A stretch of 61,510 nucleotides of DNA, the filler included, from Jimgerdemannia flammicorona (lineage: Eukaryota), in the NCBI GenBank assembly GCA_003990765.1. It is 3 parts of 3 records of this genome, joined end to end, with 100 filler letters (N's around TTAATTAATTAA, not from the genome) between each part and the next. Parts side by side here need not be neighbours in the genome. Positions count along the whole stretch, not along the records: positions 41,078 to 61,510 come from RBNJ01001686.1; 2 more parts are not named here. One strand, written 5' to 3'. Position 1 is the stretch's first letter. Every line of letters starts with the position of its first letter. The notes below the pieces were generated by a model. The model saw only the letters and a list, made by a program, of their open reading frames with translations. It made no database searches and was not told where the DNA came from. Below, one piece after another: positions 53,975-61,510 of the stretch. Position numbers and translations under genes: made by a program.

Positions 53975-55409
53975 ATAGATATAATCACTACTAGTAAGCT
54001 TATTCAAGATAACAAGATTTTTTTCTATATAGTTTAAATGTCTAATTACTAAATCTTCAGCTCTTACCTTATCCCTTTGTCTGTAGATAAGATCATCTTT
54101 TAAAATCATTTAGCAGACAAATTAAAGTTTGAAAAAAATGATTTTTTGAAACATTGTTTTTCTGTTAAAAATATATCTTAATTTGTTTAAAAACAAATTT
54201 TTTTTTTTTTGTAAAATTTTTACCAAAGGTAGAATTATTATATAAAAAATTATTGGTAAATTTTTTTTTAAAAGCTATTATGATTTTAAAAGTTATAACC
54301 TTTTAAAATCTTGCCTCTAAATATAGGTGCAAAACAGTCAAAGGGATATGAAGTCAGTCAATTCTTTATAATAGTATCTAATTTTATTTGAGAAATTTTG
54401 ATTAAGTATAGTTATTTTTATATAACTTTAAAAATTTAATAAGAAAATTAATTCTTAAAAAAAGAGAGATGTAATAATTTCTTAATTATATTTTAGTCAT
54501 AGTACATATATTTTCATATCTTTCTCTAGTTTTTTCTTATCTTTTCTTGAATATTCTACAATATTCCAGTATCTTCTAAATGCTTAGAAATTCTCTCTTA
54601 GTATTAAAACTTTACTAGAATATTCTTATCTTTTTTTAATACTAAGTATCCTGTCTTAGCTAGATATAGAACCTCTTAGAATATTATAGAATCTTATTAG
54701 TCATCTTTGTTGAGATTCACTTTCTGGGCTTTTCTTTTTATTTCTAACATCTTTCTATATCTTTCTTTCAGATCTTATATAAATATCTACTTTCTTTGCT
54801 TGAATAAAGCTCAGAATATTTTCTCTAGAAACCCTTTAAGACCACTTGGACCTATAAGTATCTCTTTGAACTACTTTAGGTCCACCAGAACTTTTCAGAT
54901 TTAGCCACTTCCTCTTAAAGAGACTAGAACCATTATATCTATTGAGCTGACATATTACAGTACAGACATCTACAGAGTTTTTTTTTTTTTTTTTTCTCAA
55001 TTAACTTGTGCTGATAAGAAAATTATGAAAACGTTTATTACTTCGAGTAAATACCGGACATCATCATGATCACATTCCATCATTCATCACGGATAGGGGC
55101 TCATTCCGCTTTTGCTACTCGCCAGCCGATTTCTCGATATGCCGATCCATTCAAGGATGACAGATACAGGTTTTTAACTAAGAGACAGACCCCGCTTATG
55201 TTCTGCCCTACCCGTTTCGTTTCAGACATCGATCCCTAATTCCACTACCCAAACGACATACGAACACTTGAGTAATTGCTCTAGAGCTGGAGTGTCATTA
55301 CCACATCAATCTGTTATAATAGGTTGCCCTACCACTTTTGCCAATACTATTAGCAACAGAGGAATATATATAAATTTATATACATGCAAAGATATAATGT
55401 GCGCCATTT

Positions 55410-58400
55410 CTACAAGCTTATCCTGTTCAAAATCCGCGCTTCGGCTGGTGCGATGACTCCCTTGTCAACACCACTCGCTACAGGGGAAGGCACGGGATGT
55501 ACGCGCGTGGTTGTCAGCTGGAAGGCCAAACAGAAGAAGGCAAAAGTAACGCGTTTGGTTCCTACGTACATTGTAGGTTCAGGTTCTGCAGGCCCGTGTT
55601 CGTTTTTAGCACGTCGGCTAGTGCGATGACTCCCTTCTCCCCAACATCATTTCCTAAATAGGAACGCACGGGATGTACGCGCGCGGTTGTCAGCTGGAAG
55701 GCCAAAGAGACGAACATAAAAACGTAACACGCTTCATTCCTATGTACCGCCTAAGTTCAGGATCTGCAGGCCCATGTTCGATTTCAGCGCATCGGCTAGT
55801 GCGATGGCTCCCTTCTCGCCAACTCGATTGGCTACAGGGGAACGCACAGGATGCACGTGCGCGTGGTTGTTAGCTGGAAGGCCAAACAGACGAAGGCAAA
55901 AGTAACGTGCTTCGTTCCTACGTACCGTATAGATCCAGGTAGAGCAAGCTCGTGTTCGTTTTCAGCGCGTCGGCTAGTGCGATGACTCCCTTCTCCCCAA
56001 CACAATTCCCTACAGGGGAACGATCGGGATGTACGCGCGCGGTTGTCAGCTGGAAGGTCAAACAGACGAAGACAAAATGTAACGCGCTTCGCTCTTACGT
56101 ACTTCCTAGGTTCAGGTACTGCAGGCCCGTGTTCGATTTCAGCGCGTCGGCTAGTGCGATGGCTCCCTTCTCACCAATAATGTTAGCTACAGGGGAACGC
56201 ACGGGATGTACGCGCGCACGGTTGTCAGCTGGAAGGCCAAACAACCGAACGCAAAAATGTAACATGCTTCGTTCCTACATACCATGTAGGTTCAGGCACT
56301 TCAGGCGCGTGTTTGTTTTAAGCGCGTCGGCTAGTGCGATGACTCCCATGTCGTCAACAATATTCACTACAGGGAAACGAATTGGATGTGCGCGCGCGGT
56401 TGTCAGCTGGAAGGTCAAACAGATGAAAGCAAAAACGTAACGCGTTTCGTTCCTACGTACGGCTTAGCTCCAGGTCCTGCAGATCCGTGTTCGTTTTCAG
56501 CACGTTGGCTAGTGCGATGGCTCCCTTCTCGCCAACACCATTACCTAGAGGAGAACGAATGGAATGTGCGCGTGCGGTTGTCAGCTGGAAGGCCAAACAG
56601 ATGAACGCAAAACGTAACGCGTTTCGTTCCTGCGTACGGCCTAGGTTCAGGTCCTGCAGGCTCGTGTTCGTTTTCAGCGCGTCGGCAAGTGCGATGGCTC
56701 CCTTGTCGTCAACAACATTCACTACAGGGGAACGCATAGAATGTGCGCGCGCGGTTGTCGGCTGGAAGCCCAAACAGACGAACAAAAAAACGTAACGCGT
56801 TTCGTTCCTACGCACTGCCTAGGTCTAGGATCTGCAGGCCCGTGTTCGTTTTCAGCACGTTGGCTAGTGCGGTGGCTCCCTTCTCGCCAACACGATTACC
56901 TACAGGAGAACGAACGGAATGTACGTGCGCGGTTGTCAGCTGGAAGGCCAAACAGACGAACGCAAAAATGTAACGCGTTTCGTTCGTACGTACAGCCTAG
57001 GTTCAGATTCTGTAGGCCCGTGTTCGTTTTCAGCGCATTAGCTAGTGCGATGACTCCGTTCTCGCCAATATAACTCGCTACAGAGGAACGCACGGGATGT
57101 ACGCGCGTGCGATTGTCAGCTGGAAGGCCAAATAGACGAACGCAAAATCGCAACGCGCTTCGTTCCTACGTACAGCGTAGGTTCAGGTCCTGCAGGCCCG
57201 TGTTCGTTTTCAGCGCGTCGGCTAGAGCGATGGCTCCTTTCTCCCCAACATCATTTCCTACAGGGAATGTACGCATGCGGTTGTCAACGGAAGATCAAAC
57301 AGACGAACGCCAAAACGTAACGCGCTTCGTTCCTACGTACGGCCTAGATTCAGGTCCTGTAGGCTCGTGTTCGATTTCAGCGCGTCAGCTAGTGCGATGG
57401 CTCCGTTCTTGCCAACACCATTATCTACAAGGGGAATGTACGCGCGCAGTTGTCAGCTGGAAGGCCAAACAGATGAATGCAAAACGCAACACGTTTCGTT
57501 TCTACGTACTGCCTAGGTTCAGGTCCTGCAGGCCCGCGTTCGTTTTCAGCGCGTTGGCTAGTGCGATGGCTCCCTTTTCGCCAACACGATTACCTACAGG
57601 AGAACGAACGGAATATATGCGGGCGGTTGTCAGCTGGAAGGCCAAACAGACGAACGCAAAAACGTAACGGCTTTGTTCCAACGTACAACCCAGGTCCAGA
57701 TTCTGCAAGCCCGTGTTCGTTTTCAGCGCGTCGGCTAGTGTGATGGCTCCCTTCTCACCAATAACATTCCCTACAGAGGAACGCACGGGATGTACGTGCG
57801 TATGGTTGTCAGCTGGAAGGTCAACAGACGAACGCTAAAACGTAACGCGCTTTGTTCCTACGTACAGCCTAGGTCCAGATTCTGCAGGCCCCTGTTCGTT
57901 TTCAGCGCGCCGGCTAGTGTGATGGCTCCTTTCTCGCCAACAACGTTCCCTACAGAGTAACGCACAGGATGTACGTGTGTGCGGTTGTCAGCTGGAAGGC
58001 AAAAACAGCGCGCTTCGTTCCTACGTACCGTATAGGTTCAGGTTCTGCAGGCCCGTGTTCGTTTTCAGCGCGTCGGCTAGTGCGCTGGCTCCTTTCTCCC
58101 CAACACCACTCCCTATAGGAGAACGCGCAGGATGTACGCGCGCGGTTGTCAGCTGGAAGGCCAAACAAACGGACGCAAAAACGTAACGCGCTTCGCTCCT
58201 ACGTACCGCCTAGGTTCAGGATCTGCAGGCCCGTGTTTGATTTCAGCACATCGGCTAGTGCGATGACTCCCATATCCCCAACATCATTTCCTACATAGGA
58301 ACGCACAGGATGTACGCGCACGGTTGTCAGCTGGAAGGTCAAACCGACGAACGCAAAAACGTAACACGCTTCGTTCCTACATACCACCTAGGTTCAGGTT

Positions 58401-59000
58401 GTGCAAGCCCGTGTTCGTTTTCAGCGCGTCGGCTAGTACGCTGGCTCCTTTCTCGCCAATACTACTAACTATAGAGATAAAATGAATAGATTGTGGTTGT
58501 CAACTGAACACCAAATTAAATGAATCGAAAATATAATGTGGTTCATTCCTACATACAGTTTACATTCAAGGCTTGCAGGCTTGTGTTTATTTTCAGTGCT
58601 TTGGCTAGTACATGGGCTCCTTCCTCGTCCATGTAAAAATCTACAGAATTTATAAATGTGGCTGTCAGCTGACACACTGGACGAACGAACGCAAAAAAAT
58701 GCAACGTGGTTCGTTCCTACACTGGTGGACCAACGAATCCGCAATATTTTTCCAAAACGCCTCGCCAAATATGGATACATCATCATATGTATTGAAGGTT
58801 CTTCCGCGACAAAGGTGCACCTCCTTCCAGAGCAGTGGGAGGGCGGCAGCGCGCCAGTCAAGTGAGACAAGTGAGCAATTGAAGAGGTCGGTACGATTGA
58901 GATAATGCCCAATGGCCTCTCCTTTTGGGAGAAATTTGAAGATGGCAGTGAGCGTTTCGAAAGGAAGTCTTGGGGAGGTCATAATAGTGGCGAGATGCAT
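55410..59000 (-). CDS. F-box + 18-19 ribonuclease-inhibitor-type (28-aa) LRR protein, 20 exons, ~613-619 aa
   Basis: Exon 1, 59000(or 58982)-58721: LPFETLTAIFKFL...DLFNCSLVSLDWRAAALPLLW (F-box-like). 84-nt exons: 58640-58557, 58468-58385, 58290-58207, 58112-58029, 57949-57866, 57770-57687, 57593-57510, 57424-57341, 57257-57174, 57077-56994, 56899-56816, 56721-56638, 56544-56461, 56366-56283, 56186-56103, 56009-55926, 55831-55748, 55653-55570. Last exon 55477-55410 (TAG). All introns GT..TAG with a (C/T)TGAC branch site; the spliced frame is open. The exon 1 donor (GTAGGA) is the least certain. Confidence 0.88.
55440..58720. repeat. Tandem array of ~178-bp exon+intron units
   Basis: The unit ...gttgtcagctggaaggccaaacagacgaacgcaaaaacgtaacgcg..cgttcctacgtac...gttttcagcgcgtcggctagtgcgat... 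recurs about 19 times. Confidence 0.95.
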
Positions 59001-60230
59001 TAAAGAATGGTTTACCGTGCCTTAAAAGTATTAATTAATTAAGTGCAACGTGGTCCCCATGGAGACTGGGACGTGGTCGTCATAGCCTGCGTCACCATTC
59101 ACAGTCCATCGTCCAGTGGTAAATTATTGCTAAAACATCAATTTCTCAAAATTGTATATGCTTTATTAAAAAATAAAATATACCAAAGAAAATTAGGTAA
59201 ATAATTTTTGCAACATAAATATATAGCTTCAACCATAGTAGAAAGGTAGTTTGAAAATTTAAGACAGTGCATTGCAAGTAGCTGTATGGTCGAAGCCGCG
59301 TCCAAAAGACACCCTAGAGCGCTGCTATGTATCTGGTGCCACGACACTCCACTCACCCACGTTTTAGGAATAGGAAGGCGCATTCAAGGGCCGAGATGGC
59401 AAGTCCATAGTGATAAAATATTATGCACTCGCGAGATCGTATGACAAAGATCTGTTTGCATGTACGTCTGGTGAATACATGCACGAGGATGCAACAAAGG
59501 ATAATCACATCAGCTATTTCTGAATGGACGTGCGCTCTCGACAGATGCGCACGCCCACCTACACGTCGACGCCGCAACGTGGGATCAAATGACGAACAAG
59601 GTGCAAGACGAATCGATCAGGCGCAGGCTGAGCAGCCGCCGGAGTAACCGGCCCAAATAATCGAATCCAAGATTTTCGAGACCTCGAGCATGAACGTCTA
59701 CATTCCGTTGAGATTGTTAGCCTAGCCGCTGCGGTTGGAGGACTGACAGCGACGGCTGGAGGTCTGACGGTGAGGATGGAGGCTAACGGTGATAGTCGGA
59801 GAATGACAGAAAGAGGTGAAAGAGAAGTTCTTCATTAGTGTAGAGCAAGTTTGGTAACACTTTTTTGTACGTGATTGAATAAAATGGCCCCGCATCGACA
59901 AATGTTCGCGATGAATCATGTACTTGCGAAGCGCATATGTAGTTTGCTGTTCATCGCCTACGACGAGTGGGTAAATCAATGTAGGGTATCATGCGAGGCT
60001 CTGCGGAAAATAGCGTTAATGCCTATTAATGCCAATTCTCACATTGCAATATTTCGCGCACCGGCGACGATCATGTCCATGGTTCGGTGTCTCAGCCTCT
60101 TTTTACGGGCGGTTGCTGTCGTCATTTAAGTGTTTAAATTTTTGATGATGTCATCAATATAGTGGTTATAGTCCAACATCACGTGATAGTCGTTTCAATT
60201 TCGACGAGAGCAGCCACATAGGAAATTAAG

Positions 60231-60280
60231 AATAATTTTTGTTGTAACGCCACCCGCGGTGGCGTCACCAAAAAATTATT
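60231..60280. repeat. 50-bp imperfect palindrome/hairpin
   Basis: aataatttttg..acgccacc-cgc-ggtggcgt..caaaaaattatt. Confidence 0.6.
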
Positions 60281-61048
60281 AGGGGTATGCAAATTTAACT
60301 GTATTCTGTGTGTTCAGACCCGACAGATCTTCCCAACGTTCTCAAAGACCAAAACGTTCCATAGTCGGCACTCAAAGCCAGCAAGCACATGAGCGTTGAC
60401 GGCACTCTGATCATTGTGCAATGGTTCAATAATGTTCCTGCGGCCCCAGGAATGAGGGACGGCGTCGTAGGGCAGACGAAAGAGGCGTTGATCAATACCA
60501 TTATTGCAAGTGGTGGTATAGCACTCACCGCATTTCATTTCCGAAAGGGTGACTGCGCGCAGGAGATGCCTCATTGGTACGAGAAACCTCATTTTAAATT
60601 CTATATTAATGGCTGACCCGTTTTTCTTTCAAAGGTGTCGTCATCGCGCTGGTGTAACTGACGTTGGGCAAGCTTGCCGTATCAGCAATCTAACCGATTT
60701 GGGTGTGCTGGGGGCGGAGTCGTTGCGCTTCATGTTCAATCTCAGTTGGTGAAAAACGACAAAGTACTCCTGAGCACGCCGTTGATCTTCAAGGGTTTGT
60801 TAACTGTATATTTGTACAAGAATTGCATGGATTTCATTTCCTCGCTTGCTGTGTGTGTTGAGAACAATGTATTGGGAACAGGGATAGGCAATGAAGAATA
60901 AATATCTTATGCCAGCAGATTTTCGACTTTACGGGAAAGGTGTGACGCAGTATGCAATGAGGTGACGTCGCAAAGTGGAGTCAAATGGTCACGAAAAAAA
61001 CTTGGGCAACACGCAACACGCCAACACGCTCTCGTCCTCACATTCGTA

Positions 61049-61429
61049 ATGTCCACCTACACCGCCTTTCCACAGGCCACCACCGTTCCCCCGCACCCCA
61101 AAGCCGCCGCCGCCGCCTCTGTCCATCCGCTGCGCCCCTACTATGCTCCTCCCCAGTCGCAGCTCTACTTGCCCAACGGCGGCTCCGCCCCACAGTACGA
61201 CGACGACGACTACGAGTTCCTCGACTCCCGCGCTGCCGCCAAGGAGCTCGCTAATTTTGCCGTTGTAAAATTCTTGACTACCGCTGTCGGATCGCCATTC
61301 GATGTTGGGAAGACCCTTCTGCAGGTCCAGTATGTTCCCAGCGACGACGTCGAGGGGATGGAGGGAGCCGAAGAGACGGCCGAGGAGGTTATACCGGAAA
61401 ATGGTGGAGGGAATAGTGGCGATGGGGAG
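61049..61429 (+). CDS. UGO1: First exon of a Ugo1/SLC25A46-like mitochondrial outer-membrane fusion protein
   Basis: N-terminal HPLRPYYAPP motif and carrier-like SPFDVGKTLLQVQY followed by an acidic tract, as I recall for fungal Ugo1; GTGAG donor at 61430; gene continues past the window. Confidence 0.72.
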
Positions 61430-61510
61430 GTGAGGTTTTAATTTGATTTTCCTTGATTGGAAGGCGGGTAGTTTTTTTTGTGAACCACGAGGAAGGGACT
61501 GGAGAGGTGG

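Noticed and set aside
55384..58186. Plus-strand ORFs (RPVFVFSASASAMAPFSP...) in the ORF track
   Set aside because: Antisense shadows of the LRR exon/intron repeats.
55440..58720. CRISPR-like repeat/spacer array
   Set aside because: The whole 178-bp unit repeats, it has splice signals and encodes LRRs; there are no unique spacers or cas genes, and the context is eukaryotic.
60295..60811. Small gene or pseudogene upstream of the UGO1-like gene
   Set aside because: Short overlapping ORFs on both strands with stops and no recognisable motif; cannot be supported.

Overview
Eukaryotic, probably fungal DNA. A non-Dikarya/Mucoromycota-like host is my inference from the intron signals, the UGO1-like gene and the transposon types. 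Two N-gaps carrying artificial TTAATTAATTAA spacers (20440-20539, 40978-41077) split the window into three contigs. Positions 1-55 kb are a transposon graveyard heavily mutated C>T/G>A. It holds two complete and one partial dUTPase-bearing Ty3/Gypsy elements with an unusual three-ORF layout, a fourth Gypsy 5' end, a Plavaka-like transposase relic, L1-like fragments with TSDs, and a ~1 kb poly(A) retroposon family. The middle contig carries a co-oriented head-to-tail array of non-LTR elements that end in telomeric (CCCTAA)n instead of poly(A). The array comprises two full-length APE+RT LINEs, the 3' end of a third, and older RT-less partner elements sharing the same 3' end. From ~55 kb the DNA is CpG-rich and genic. 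It contains an apparently intact 20-exon F-box/LRR gene built from 18 tandem 84-nt phase-1 exon cassettes separated by homologous introns, with a hypervariable residue encoded across each splice junction, followed by the first exon of a UGO1-like gene. All calls were made by eye, without database searches.
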